From the NCBI GenBank assembly GCA_964016885.1, contig OZ024756.1, positions 30,690,001-30,754,000 of the forward strand: DNA of 64,000 nt. Direction: 5' to 3'. The stretch comes from Eledone cirrhosa (lineage: Eukaryota). The notes below the pieces were generated by a model. That model did no database searches. It was not told the origin of the DNA and was given only the letters and a program-made list of their open reading frames with translations. The translations under genes and the position numbers were made by a program. Shown one piece after another: positions 1 through 15,085 of this stretch (within the stretch, counting starts at the first letter, position 1; every line of letters begins with the position of its first letter).

Positions 1-463
1 TAATCACAAATAAATACAACACACTTATTTCCTATTATATCCCTTTGATATCTAATGTGTTTGCCAGTTGTGAACGTTAATTTATCAACAGTAATTGTGT
101 GTTCCTCTAATGGTTTCTCATGCGCGTTCATTCACCCATATAAATACATAAATCTCTGGGTGTATATGAAGAGTGTGTATTTGTATGTGTATATGTATGT
201 GTATGTGTATGCGTATGTGTATGTGTATGTGTATGCATGTCTCAGTGTGTGTGTACGTATGTGTGTATGTGTATATGTGTGTTTGTGTGCAGGCCACGTT
301 TATGAAATTAATGGTATGTATGCATATTTATTTACGTGTACATACCATTAATTTCATTAAACGTGGCTTGCACACAAAGACACGCACAGGCATGTTTACA
401 TATACATACTTACACACATGCTTATATATATATATACAGATATATATATACGCGCGTACACAC

Positions 464-532
<69 letters not shown>

Positions 533-899
533 GAGGCAGGGAGAGAGCGAGTGTGAAATTCACATATATGAGTACATGTACACGTATCTGTGTGAATGTG
601 TTTGTATATATGTATGTGTATGTAAGAGAGAGATAGTGGTGGATGTGTGGAGAAAATGAGTTCAAAAGATAAAGAAAATTATTAAAACACTTCACTTCAT
701 TACTTTTTAACCCCCCATTTAAAAATCAATTGTTGTATTCTTGTTCAAATTTTCTGCTTCAAAGAACCATAACTCTACTTGACAATTTATAAACAAACAC
801 TCTTTTATAATGTACACGTTTGCCTTTTTTTAAAGCCGTCATGAAACATGAATGTTTGCAAGTGTATTTCTGTCTCGTTTCTTTGTCCTAGTGCTGTGA

Positions 900-1035
900 T
901 TGAGCATAGCTTAATGGTTAGGGGTGTTCGCTTTACAATCGTCAGACAAAGGGTTCGATTCCCAACCACGCGTTGTTGTGTCCTTACCGCAACTTGCTAC
1001 AGTTCCCGTTGTTCCGGTCCGGTCAGCTGCTAAAT
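900..1035 (+). mobile_element. Degenerate tRNA-derived SINE, family 2 (CORE-like body)
   Basis: A-box-like TAGCTTAATGGTTAG, B-box GGTTCGATTCCC, then GTTGTGTCCTT...GTTGTTCC...CAGCTG matching other family-2 copies in the window. Confidence 0.6.
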
Positions 1036-1213
1036 ATCATATGTACCAGGTATTCGAAAGCCCAACTTTTTCATGCATTTTATCTAGATCTGTTAAAATA
1101 CATATTCTCTTGTTAAAATACAAATAGCTTTCATTAAACAATTATGTAAAATGTATCTATTTTGCCTCATCTCGCCTTGTTTTGGGGCATTTTTTTAATG
1201 GTTCTCCCCGTTT

Positions 1214-1267
<54 letters not shown>

Positions 1268-1269
1268 TA

Positions 1270-1322
1270 TTTAATATAGAAATAGCTTCCACAGGACTAG
1301 AACTGATTATCGTCTCCTCAGG
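1270..1322 (-). mobile_element. Degenerate family E PLE terminal fragment
   Basis: Shares AATATAGAAA...TTC.ACAGGACTAGAACTG with 32521-32552; follows a (TA)n tract. Confidence 0.55.
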
Positions 1323-1441
1323 CTAAGGAATGGCAGAATAATTAGAACATCATGAAAGAGCTTTGTGAAATTCTTTACATTCTACGTTTGATAGCACCGA
1401 TGGCGACTTTACATTTTGTAATTTAACTGTCGATAAATTAA

Positions 1442-1620
1442 TTGTTTCTACTTTAGGCACAAGGCCAGCAATTACCCAGTGCATTACTGGTACTTTATTT
1501 TATCGACCCCGTAAGGATGAAAGGCAAAGTCAACCTCGGCAGGATTTGAACTCAGATCGTAAAGGGACGTAACTATGCTGGAAAGCATGGCGTCCGACCC
1601 TCTACTGATACTGCCAATCC
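1442..1620 (-). mobile_element. tRNA-derived SINE, family 1, near full length
   Basis: Reverse complement has TGGCAGTATCAGTAG (A box), GAGTTCAAATCC (B box), core GCCTTTCATCCTTACGGGGTCGATAAAATAAAGTACCAG and tail GGCCTTGTGCCTAAAGTAGAAACAA. Confidence 0.9.
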
Positions 1621-1750
1621 AAATGTACCAGAAAAGTACTTTAAAAACATGCCTGAAGTCTGTTTCAAGGAGCGGGTGGCATTATACATGTGGTTATCCC
1701 GGTTACCTTGTCGTTAAGTAATTGGACATGACGTCAAACCATCTCAGGGT

Positions 1751-1928
1751 CAGTGCCGGATTTACAAGTGTGCTTATGTGTGCTTAAGCACAGGGCCACG
1801 TTGGTCAAGGGGCAGGAGGTTGCATCTTCCTAGCCCCCTCCCCCAAATGTTTATCTCATTCATGATCCAAGTATGGGGCCTCATAACTTAACTAGCACAT
1901 GGCCTCATTTGTCCTAAATCCTTCACTA
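1751..1928. mobile_element. hAT-type MITE
   Basis: TIR CAGTGCCGGATTTA ... TAAATCCTTCACTA (11/14 match); 8-bp flanks CTCAGGGT / CTCGGCGT consistent with a decayed 8-bp TSD. Confidence 0.7.
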
Positions 1929-1980
1929 CTCGGCGTTAAATCTATAGTTACAGCTGATACAAATTTTCCGCTGGGTTTAC

Positions 1981-2102
1981 TGAAGCAACGTGAAATGAAG
2001 TATTTTGCTCAAGAAAACTACACCCCACCCTGTCAAGTAATCGAAGCTACTTCATTATTATCGTCCGTTTAATAAGGTAACCATCAGGCCAGGCACTTTC
2101 AC
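1981..2102 (-). mobile_element. SINE family 2, degenerate
   Basis: GAAGCAACGTGAAATGAAGTATTTTGCTCAAGAA matches 41715-41835, 34677-34780 and 59978-60100. Confidence 0.65.
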
Positions 2103-2462
2103 AAGTGTTAGGTTCAGTAGAATCAACTTTCACAACATCAGTTTGCCTGTCTTTTGCATAAATTAAAAGCCATTCTATCTCATTTTCTAATTATTCTACA
2201 CCCGTAATTCATTTGTGGAACGTATGTATACTGGCAGTAGTTCTGTTGATCTGACAAATCACTAGTTCTCTTATCAGCTACACAAATACATACACCTACA
2301 CACACACACACACGCACACACACACGCACACACACACACACACACACACATACTCATCACCATCATCAGCATCACCATGAGCAACTGCATGTATGAGCAA
2401 TTGGCAACGCAGCTAAAACACTCGTACCTTCACACACATTCATACATACAGACATATCTATG

Positions 2463-2472
2463 CACACACACA

Positions 2473-2557
<85 letters not shown>

Positions 2558-2639
2558 GTATATATATACATACATATATATATATATATACACATATATA
2601 TATATATACATATATATATATCTATATATACATACATAC

Positions 2640-2688
<49 letters not shown>

Positions 2689-2757
2689 CATATATATATA
2701 TCTATATATACATACATACATATATATATATACATACATACATATATATATATATAC

Positions 2758-2799
<42 letters not shown>

Positions 2800-2831
2800 G
2801 TATATATATACATACATATATATATATATAC

Positions 2832-2875
<44 letters not shown>

Positions 2876-2973
2876 CTATATATATATATATACATATATA
2901 TATATCTATATATACATATCTATATATACATACATATATACATATATATATATCTATATATACATATCTATAT

Positions 2974-3032
<59 letters not shown>

Positions 3033-3129
3033 CATACATACATATATATATATACATACATATATATATATCTATATATACATACATACATACATATATA
3101 TATATATATACATACATACATATATATAT

Positions 3130-3206
<77 letters not shown>

Positions 3207-3207
3207 C

Positions 3208-3254
<47 letters not shown>

Positions 3255-3339
3255 CATACATACATACATATATATATATATATACATACATACATACATA
3301 TATACATATACATACATACATACATATATATATATATAC

Positions 3340-3370
<31 letters not shown>

Positions 3371-3401
3371 CATACATACATACATATATATCTATCTATC
3401 T

Positions 3402-3499
<98 letters not shown>
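2463..3499. repeat. Compound microsatellite (CA)n-(TA)n/(TACA)n, about 1 kb
   Basis: Direct reading. Confidence 0.95.
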
Positions 3500-4436
3500 C
3501 GTTACTAATATGAAATCTATAGCTTTCAGGTGATTCCATCAAGTGTGAAACACCCATTTATTATGTGTGATTGCGACAAGTAACTCCAGCTTACTGCGTA
3601 TTACATTTCACTTTGAATCTATTGGCATTTTAATGTCTTTAAAATACCCATAGAGCAAGTATGTTGTTTGATGGCATTGTTGCTGTTGTTGTTCTTCTTA
3701 GTGGTAGTGCTGGTAGTAGTTGTAGTGGTGGTAGTAGTGGTAGTGGTGGTAGTGTAGGTATTATTGGTGTAACTGCTGTTGGTTATATGTGTGTATATAT
3801 AAATTTTGGACTTTGTATTTATGTAAGTGTGTATGTACTTTCATATGACTATGCGGCTTGCAGTTGTATGTGGATGTTCGTTAGTTTGTATTTTGTATGT
3901 GTATGTATATATGTATGAAGCGTATATGTCCGGTTGTGTGGGTACATGCGTGTTCCTGTGCGCATGAGCACTTGTGCTTCTGCGAGTGTTTTTCTATATA
4001 TGTATTTGTGAGGTTATGTGTATTTTTGTATCCATGTAGATGTATGTGTCTTTGCTTTCACGTGAGATTGTGTTTGTATGTGCAATATGTGTGCTTAAGT
4101 GTATGCGTGTATATATATATGAACATGTGAGCTTAGATGTATGCTCATGGCTGTATGTATGCGTTTATGTGTTTGTATGTGTAACTATGTGTGTAGGTGT
4201 GAAAGTGTAGGTGTGCTTTTGGGGCATTTATATGTGAGCATGCATGCGTTGGGCGTATATAGCTATATGTCGATGCATGTGTGCATGTATGCTTGTAAGT
4301 GTTTGCGTGTGTTGAGCGGATTTCTCTGTGTATGGTCTGTGTGAGTGTATGTATGCTTCTGCGTGATTGTGTGAGCTTGCATGCGTTGGTTGCTGTGTGT
4401 GTGTGTGTGTGTGTGTGTGTCTGTGTGTGCGTGTGC

Positions 4437-4497
<61 letters not shown>

Positions 4498-4747
4498 TGT
4501 TTGTAAACGGCACCGGATTAGAAGCAATATCAATGACAAAATAGGATGTATTTCAACATCTATCTTGCCGCCATTTTTCTTGTATATATATATCTATACA
4601 TCAACTGTACATCTCTATCATACATGCCAATGACTGTAGGATATATATAAATAAATAAATATATATATATATGTTCTTATATGTCAATGGTTGGTAGATA
4701 TTAATTTAACTCTAAACCGACCGAAAACTTCATTATGTATATATATA

Positions 4748-4796
4748 TTAGCCGTCGAAACGGCTTCAGCTCAGCCGTCAGGGTCCTACTCGTTCC

Positions 4797-4798
<2 letters not shown>
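4748..4798 (+). mobile_element. Family B PLE terminal fragment (3' half of hammerhead)
   Basis: TTAGCCGTCGAAACGGCTTCAGCTCAGCCGTCAGGGTCCTACTCGTTCCTA, between TA tracts. Confidence 0.8.
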
Positions 4799-4876
<78 letters not shown>

Positions 4877-4880
<4 letters not shown>

Positions 4881-5205
4881 GGAGGTGAGTTTTATTGTAG
4901 TACAATAAAGCAATGCAGATATCGGATAAGAAGCACTCTACAGTTTGTGGGACTGGAGTATGCATAATATAAGATCAAAAGATGGTTAAAGGAGTTCCAT
5001 ATATTTTATTATGCGCATTTCAAAAACAAACATCATCAAGCAATAATATTTGTGTTTTCATCAGATAAAAACATTTATCTGATGAAAACATTTATCTGAT
5101 GAAAACATTTATCTGATGAAAACACAAATATTATTGCTTGATGATGTTTGTTTTTGAAATGCGCATAATAAAATATATGGAACTCCTTTAACCATCTTTT
5201 GATCT

Positions 5206-5213
<8 letters not shown>
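4877..5213. mobile_element. Family A PLE terminal-repeat fold-back with a hammerhead in each arm
   Basis: 106-bp arms 4964-5069 / 5108-5213; left arm extended by a tail 4877-4963; centre has TTTATCTGATGAAAACA x3; (TA)n on both sides. Confidence 0.85.
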
Positions 5214-5242
<29 letters not shown>

Positions 5243-5579
5243 TAATGAAGTTTTCGGTCGGTTTAGAGTTAAATTAATATCTACCATTGACATATAAGAA
5301 CGTCGTATTTTGCTCATGTTTAAATTGAATATAGAATATTAACCATGTCTGACTAAGACGGAATAGAGTCGTTAAAGATGAAAGAATTTTGAACTTAATT
5401 CAATCAGAGTAATAAACTACATGATTGGCAATGATTACTGGCATGTTATTAAAACATGAAGACATTTCTAACTCATTATCTAAATACCCCAAATGTAGTT
5501 TAAAGGGGTAGAGAGTATAACATAGACTATGTTTCTCATTTTGCAGAGAGGAAACATTTCAATAAACTGCTATACTATA

Positions 5580-6235
5580 TATGAACGTGAGATTAACTGG
5601 AGACTCATGAGTATATTTATGTATGTTTATGTATGTATAAGTAGTTATATGTGTGTATATATATACATATGTATGTTTATGTATGTGTAAGAAGTTATAT
5701 GTGTGTATACGTGTGTGTATATATACATATGTATGTTTATGTATGTGTAAGTAGTTATATGTGTGTATACGTGTGTGTATATATACATATGTAAGTTTAT
5801 GTATGTGTAAGTAGTTATATGTGTGTATACGTGTGTATATATATACATATGTATGTTTATGTATGTGTAAGAAGTTATATGTGTGTATACGTGTGTGTAT
5901 ATATACATATGTAAGTTTATGTATGTGTAAGTAGTTATATGTGTGTATACGTGTGTGTACATATATATATATATGAACGTGAGATTAACTGTTGACTCAT
6001 GAGTATATGTATGTAAGTTTATGTATGTGTAAGTAGTTATATGTGTGTATACGTGTGTATATATATATGAACGTGTGATTAACTGTAGGCTCATGAGTGT
6101 ATGTATGTTTATGCATGCGTATGTGTAAGTGGTTATATGTGTGTATACGTGTGTATATATATATGAACGTGTGATTATGTGTAGGCTTATGAGTGTATGT
6201 ATGTTTATGAATGTGTATGTGTAAGTGGTTATATG
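5580..6235. repeat. 60-bp minisatellite with a longer (about 95-bp) variant unit
   Basis: GTGTGTATACGTGTGTGTATATATACATATGTATGTTTATGTATGTGTAAGTAGTTATAT repeated about 5 times; ATGAACGTG.GATTA spacers at about 5581, 5973, 6067 and 6163. Confidence 0.9.
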
Positions 6236-6727
6236 TGTATGTTTATCTGTGTGTATATGTAGGTTGTTATGTGTGTATATTTATGTGTGTGTGTGTAGAT
6301 GGTTACATGTGCGTGTATATGTAGGTGGTTATATGTGTATATATGTGTATGTTTGTCTGTGTGTATGTGTAGGTGGTTATGTGTGTGTATATGTAGGTGG
6401 TTATATATGTTTGTGTATGTGTATGTTCATGTGTGTCTATCTGCTTATGTATATACGTGCATGTGTGTGTATGTGTAGATATATATATATGTGTATATGT
6501 AGATGCGTGTGAGTGTATTTGTATATGTGTTTATGTGTATGTGTATGTATATGTATATGTTTGCGTATGTTTCTATATGTATATGTTTATGTGTGTATAT
6601 ATGTATGAGCCTCTACGTGCGTGTATGTTTACGTATGTGGGTGTATGTGTGTATGTATATGCAGGTGTATATATGTGAGTGGCTGTATATATATATGTGT
6701 GCATACGTGAATGTGTAGGTGTGTATG

Positions 6728-6769
<42 letters not shown>

Positions 6770-7440
6770 CGCTTGTGTTTGTGTGCGTAAGTATGTCCGT
6801 ATGTATGTGTGTATGTCCGTATGTATGTGTGTATGTATGACTGTGTGTGTAAGTATGTGTGTATGTATGCGTGTAAGAATGTGTGTATGTATATGTGTAT
6901 GTATGTGTGTATGCATGTGCGTATGTATGTGTGTATGGATGTGTCTATGTATGTGTCTATGTATGTGTGTATATGTACGTTTATGTAGGTGTGTGTATGT
7001 ATGTGCGTGTATGTATGGGTGTATGTATTTGTATGTATCTGTGTATATGTATGTGTGCGTATGTACGTTTGTATGTATATGTATATTTATGTAAGTGTGT
7101 GTATGTATGTGAGTATGTATGTGTCTATATATGTGTGTATATGTATATGTATGTTTATGCATGTGTGTGTATGTATGTGTGTATGTATATGTATGTTTAT
7201 GTATGTATGTGTATGTATGTGTGTATGTATGTATGTGTGTATGTATATGTATGTTTATGTATGTATGTATGTGTGTATGTGTGCATGTATGCGTGTATGT
7301 ATATGTATGTGTGTATGTATATGTATGTTATCTATGTGTGTCTATGTATGTGTGTATATATATGTATGTGTGTATGTATGTGTGTATGTATATGTATGTG
7401 TGTATGTATATGTATGTTTATATATATATATGTGTGTATT
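6236..7440. repeat. Degenerate (TG)/(TA)/(TATG) low-complexity tract
   Basis: Direct reading. Confidence 0.9.
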
Positions 7441-7667
7441 CAGATAGAGAACTCATAATCAATAAATTAGAGGTTGATTTCATATAAATCCAGCGTCTAA
7501 AGCGAAATCAAAAATGATTTAACTGTCAGTTCGTATCAAATAAATTTTCTACATTTATTAAGGACATGCGGAAATATTATAACGGGCATCCATGCACAAT
7601 CTTCTCTACTTCTGAATCTACTTACCAAGAAGCATGTACACCATCATACATACACACAGAGCTGCAT

Positions 7668-8452
<785 letters not shown>

Positions 8453-8745
8453 TTTGCTGTGCTTATGATTTTTCTTGAGGAGACAATAAAAGGGTTGAAT
8501 GTGAATACAAGTTGGATTAGGAATAGTTTAAGGAATAGGAAATTGTCCGAAGAATATACGAGAGAGAAGTAAATAGCAAGATGAAGGAGAAGCCATCCTT
8601 CCTGAAAAGGATAAAGTAGTAATTCAAATTCCACGACAAGCTTAATGATATGCGGTGTAAATGGCGTTAAAACGTAATTGAAAAATGTATAATGGAAGTT
8701 GTTTGATATAAGATTACAAGGAAGAATATGAAGAGAGGGGAATAT

Positions 8746-8817
<72 letters not shown>

Positions 8818-8895
8818 AGCTCAGGAAAAAATATATATATACACATATATACATATACATATATATATATATATACATTTACATATAGACATATA

Positions 8896-8956
<61 letters not shown>

Positions 8957-9036
8957 ATATTCACTTCAGTACCATCTCTTGCATTTCATAATATCAAATA
9001 TCGTATTAAACACCTCATGTTATACATTTCGGTATA

Positions 9037-9149
<113 letters not shown>

Positions 9150-11138
9150 CGTGTGTGTGTGTGCGTGTGTGTGCGCGTGTGTATATGCGTGTGTGTACGT
9201 GCGTGTGTGCATGCTAGTATGAACATCCTTTTAACATAAGAATCTATGGGAATATTTGAAATTTGAAATGTAGTTGTCCAAATGTATAATAATAGTCGAT
9301 CACTGGAAATATATGTTTACATATAGTGCATGCTCACTCATATGAACGAAAAACAACTTATTATTGAGTTAAAACAAGTATAGCTTTTATTTTGAAATAG
9401 TTAATTTCGATAAAATAAACATCGATATACGGACTTTAAGTGGACTTTTAGAATCAAAATATGTATATGGGTCACTTTTGTTTCAATATTGTTTTAACCT
9501 TTTTATTTATTTGCGCATAAACATATGTGAATTATATTTTACAAAAAGAAATATGAAACAAAACAGAAAACATCAGAATTAAGAAATGAGAAAAAAAGAA
9601 TGTGTTAAAGAATGGCAGATCTGGCAGTATGGGATAGGACTATGACTGCCATAAATGAGAAGAAAACGAGGGAATGTGCAAGGATTATTATGTCAGGTTG
9701 ATAATTGAGATAATTTGATCCACACTCTTTTATATGATCAGCAAGAACAGAAACATCATAACAATTTATTCATTACAATACGAAAAATATTTGGGTAAAG
9801 AATTCAGCAAATTGCAAACATTTTTGGAGAGGATCTCTATATTCCCGTTGTACTGAAAGTGTTAACAAAATCGACGATAAATGATCGGATGATGACATCC
9901 TAAGTACATTATGTCTATCTCAACAAAAAGAACAAAAAAAAAATGAAAGACGTTATCGAGGTTCTATCGGTGTCTCCACGTTGATACGAAAGTGAAAGTA
10001 CATTATACGCTATCAGTATTTCTATTGTTATTTAGATTCCGGTCTTAGTGCCAAGGAGTCTGAATCTTGTAACCATCTTTTATCGAATTTGACAAGTAGA
10101 ATAATAAAGATATAATTCAGTATTGAACTTTGTTCGGCTTTTATAATTTTCTATGACATTTTGTGGTTTCCCTTGTTGTTTTGTAGTATTTGTTTTGTTT
10201 TTAACATTTTTTTTAAAAATAAAATTCTATATATTTCTCTCTATATATATCTTAATTTATTTTTTTCATCTTATGTTTAGACACATTTTCGTCTGTATTT
10301 TTCATGTATCTTCATCTTTTTTGTGAGTTTCTAACCTTTTATTTTAGAAATATAATTGTCATTTTCTCAGCATTGTGTTATATAATTATTATTAACTATT
10401 GTATTATTATTTGTAATAAAGCTATTTTTGGTAATGTGGCGTTTTGACAGAGGCGTTAGAATATTGGATAAAATACTTCCTGCTATTCGTTGCGACTCAT
10501 TAACTTTTAAGTTCAACATTTGTTTTCAACCTTACTGGTATGTTAACACGAATTACCAGTCTAGTAGTGGATAGATTTAGTCAAAATAAGGCAAATATTG
10601 CAAGGCTGTACATTAAGAGAAAGGAAGGTTACAGAGGTCAAATTTCGGTTGGGAAATGTGTACATAGTGCAACAGCTTATAGGAGTATTTGGCATTAACA
10701 GAAGAACCACTACTCAGAGAAGCTCTGAGGGGAGAAAGTATAACTCGTGTTGGGTCCTCTCTCACAGTTATTTACGCACAGTTTATGTCTTGCATATTAG
10801 GTTAAGAAATTAATTGATTGATTCAGATTAGCCCACTAACAACATTTCTTAACTTTGCAGGTTGTAGAAATTATCACATTTCTCCATAACTAGACAAAGC
10901 ATCTGACCGGAACAAAAGTAGAACTAACTAATATTTCATTGTTCTAACTAATTATATGTTCTTCTACAAAATATCTATATTGTTGTAACAATGGCAATAT
11001 TTTGAGTCGCATCAGTTTCAGAAATTTTAGCGCCTTTACTAGGTTATAGGTCAGCAACTCGATATATATTTTTTATATACCAATATCTTCTCAATATATA
11101 TATATATATACATACATACATATAAATATATATATACA

Positions 11139-11169
<31 letters not shown>

Positions 11170-11344
11170 TAGAACAGTGTATAATATTGTTTTTATTATT
11201 TTATTTATTAATATCTGTTTATAGGTTGGATTTTATTTATTCTAATAAATATTATTTCTGATACTCTTCTTTTCTGTAATTACTTTGCAAAATACCATCC
11301 ATCAGTTTGTGCCTCTGTATTATATACGTACACACACACACACA

Positions 11345-11388
<44 letters not shown>

Positions 11389-11459
11389 TCTCTGTCTCTC
11401 TCTCTCTGTCTTTCTCTTTATCTCTCTCTCCCACTCTCGCTCTCTCTATATATACATAA

Positions 11460-11505
<46 letters not shown>

Positions 11506-11528
11506 TATATATATAACAATATGTATAA

Positions 11529-11584
<56 letters not shown>

Positions 11585-11590
11585 TTATAC

Positions 11591-11641
11591 ATATTGTTAT
11601 ATTTTGGGAGGGTCATGGTGCCAACAAATTCAAAAACGAAG
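11591..11641. mobile_element. Family C PLE terminal fragment (fused pieces)
   Basis: ATATTGTTATATTTTGGGAGGGTCATG matches 31524ff; AACAAATTCAAAAACGAA matches the tail at about 32070-32088. Confidence 0.65.
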
Positions 11642-11672
11642 TATATATAAATATATATATCCACACACACAA

Positions 11673-11723
<51 letters not shown>

Positions 11724-12214
11724 TTTTGTATCCGCCTGTATTCTATTCCTGTGTGTATACATAGTTTGTACAGTATATGTGCGACTATTCGTTTTAAGTA
11801 GATCTCTATTATATTTTTTTCAAAATATATTTAGTGTGTGTGAGCGTGCAGAATTTGTTAGTGTGTAAATATGTGTTTGAAATACGGCGATGTGCGTTCT
11901 CAACAAAATCACCTCGCTGTCAATCGATGTGTGAAAGAAGTATTTCATTCACTAGTGAACCATGTAACATGACAATACATCGCTATAGATCAACGTTTCC
12001 TTATGATAATGATTAAGAGGCAACAATGGCGTCCTAGTTATTAGTTAGTCTTCACCCATGCGTCTATCACACACTTATACACAACGAAAACATCTTAGAT
12101 ACATATGTTAACATACGTGTTTGGTATCTCTGTGTATGTATGCATGTATACATATATATAGGTATATATGTATTTGCACACAAGTTTTTGCATGTATATA
12201 CGCCTATATATTAA

Positions 12215-12276
12215 TACATACACATGCACACACACACAGACACACACACGCATACACACACACAGGCACACACACA

Positions 12277-12333
<57 letters not shown>

Positions 12334-12373
12334 ATGTGTATGAATATATATATAAGTGTATATATATATATTC

Positions 12374-12410
<37 letters not shown>

Positions 12411-12657
12411 CACATATATATATATATACATATATATGTATATATATATATGTATATATATATATGTATATACATATATATATACATATATATATATACA
12501 TATATATATACATATATATATATATATACATATATATGTATATATATATATGTATATATATATATATGTATATACATATATATATACATATATATATACA
12601 TATATATATATATGTATATACATATATATATACATATATATATACATATATATATAC

Positions 12658-12700
<43 letters not shown>

Positions 12701-12719
12701 TATATACATATATATATAC

Positions 12720-12818
<99 letters not shown>

Positions 12819-12832
12819 CATATATATATATA
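12215..12832. repeat. Compound (CA)n-(TA)n-(TG)n microsatellite
   Basis: Direct reading. Confidence 0.95.
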
Positions 12833-13239
12833 AGGGGGTGTTATGTTCATAGAATCATAGAAATATTTATATATATATATACACAGGAGCACACACACAC
12901 ACTTACACACTCTTACACACATGTACACACATCTAAATATATTTATCTTCACTTCAATTATGATTTGTTTTGACACGATGACTTGTCTTTTACTGAAAAT
13001 CTATCTTCTGATTTTATTCTATTTGCAATTTATTCATTTCTATAATTTTTTTATTCAACGTTATTCATTTGTAATTTTGTCTTCATTTTTATACCTTTCT
13101 GTAGGCTTTAAAACATTTTTTTTTAATATTTCCTCTTCGTCTCCAATTTTTTAGTTACCTAGGGTCAATACCTCATTCTATTTCGTAAGAGAATAAAATC
13201 AATTTTCAACTATTTTTATTTATTTTATCTCTACATATT

Positions 13240-13305
<66 letters not shown>

Positions 13306-13351
13306 AATTATAAATATATATATGCGTATATATATGAATTATAAATATATA

Positions 13352-13397
<46 letters not shown>

Positions 13398-13432
13398 TTT
13401 ATGCATGTATATATACATACAAATATACATAT

Positions 13433-13467
<35 letters not shown>

Positions 13468-13497
13468 CATACATACATACATACATACATACATACA

Positions 13498-13528
<31 letters not shown>

Positions 13529-13757
13529 GTATATATATATTTATGTATGTATAAATACTTATTTTTACATTCCTGACAATGATTGATTTATAACTCTTTT
13601 TTGCATTTTATAATTTTTTGGTTGTTATTTCTTTGAACCTGAAAAGAGAATAGAAAAAGAACATTATTTTTTTTTACTGCTTTTCCTCTTTTTGTTTATT
13701 TTATTTTTTCGCTTTTGCGCCCTCATATCGAGAAATAATAATAACAACAACAAGAAC

Positions 13758-13813
<56 letters not shown>

Positions 13814-13976
13814 TAATGCTAATGATAATAATAAAAATAATAATATTTATACCAGATAAAAAAAAACAAAGTAAATCTTCCCTAGAAAATACAATTTAGC
13901 CATATTTGAGAAAAGTTATAAAATATATTGACAAAGTCAAAATAAGGTAAATATAAAACATGAGTATTTACTCCTG

Positions 13977-14038
<62 letters not shown>

Positions 14039-14217
14039 GATTGTTCCTAATAGCAACTTTTCTCATTTTTTTGTTCCTTTCTGTCTATTATTTGGTTCGT
14101 ATTATTACCAGGTCAAGCGACCTCGTGGAAGACTCATTATACGTTCGTTATATCTATGAATTTTTCTTATGCTAAATATACCTTCACATCAACACGGACG
14201 CACGCACACACACACAT

Positions 14218-14270
<53 letters not shown>

Positions 14271-14275
<5 letters not shown>

Positions 14276-14410
14276 TCTACTTTTGGCACGAGGCCAGCAA
14301 TTACTCAGTGTATTACTGGGACTTTATTTTATCGACACCGTAAGGATGAAAGGCAAAGTTAACCTCGGCGGGATTTGAACTCAGAATGGAAAGGGCCGTA
14401 ACACTTTGCG
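14271..14410 (-). mobile_element. SINE family 1, 5'-truncated
   Basis: Core and tail match 1442-1620. Confidence 0.85.
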
Positions 14411-14542
14411 TATATATATAATATAATTTATAATTGTGTATACACTATATACAACTATAAATATGAAAGGTCAGTAATTTATTACTACTCCTCTATATAT
14501 AATATACATATATTATATATATATAATATATATTATATATAT

Positions 14543-14591
<49 letters not shown>

Positions 14592-14698
14592 ATATATATA
14601 TATTATATATATATATATAATATTATATATGTAATATATATATATAATATATATATATAATAATCCGTATATATATATATATATACATATAATAATCC

Positions 14699-14753
<55 letters not shown>

Positions 14754-14849
14754 TTATTAGAAAATGAAAAATAACCGAGGTGTCCTACACGAGTGAAAGT
14801 ATAAAGAAAAATGATGAAATCGAAAATGCAACTGGAGTCTTATTTAAAA

Positions 14850-14921
<72 letters not shown>

Positions 14922-14922
<1 letters not shown>

Positions 14923-15085
14923 AAATAGACACCAAATATATCTTTACATTAAATGCTGATTTACGAACGTTTCATCTCCTTGAGGTTTTAATATTAAGTA
15001 ACTGATTTTGACGAGTCTCAGGGAGGGTATGAAAGACTCGTAAATTAGCATTTAATGTAAATAATGTATTTGCTATTTATTTTAA
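14922..15085. mobile_element. Family I fold-back with degenerate hammerhead (+ strand, 15002-15048)
   Basis: Arms TTTACATTAAATGCTGATTTACGA / TCGTAAATTAGCATTTAATGTAAA; stem I CTGATT/AATTAG, core TTGACGA, GAAA, GTA triplet; follows (TA)n. Confidence 0.65.

Larger units (their letters stand above)
4673..5301. repeat. Inverted repeat pair (family J): 4673-4737 with 5241-5301
   Basis: GTTCTTATATGTCAATGG...AAACTTCATTATG is the reverse complement of CATAATGAAGTTT...CCATTGACATATAAGAAC apart from a 4-nt duplication. Confidence 0.85.

Noticed and set aside
2377-3533. Long YI/HT/CV-repeat ORFs (also 6629-7487, 12095-12976, 21692-22855, 57066-57724, 57879-58751 and others)
   Set aside because: Translations of dinucleotide/tetranucleotide microsatellites that lack stops by construction
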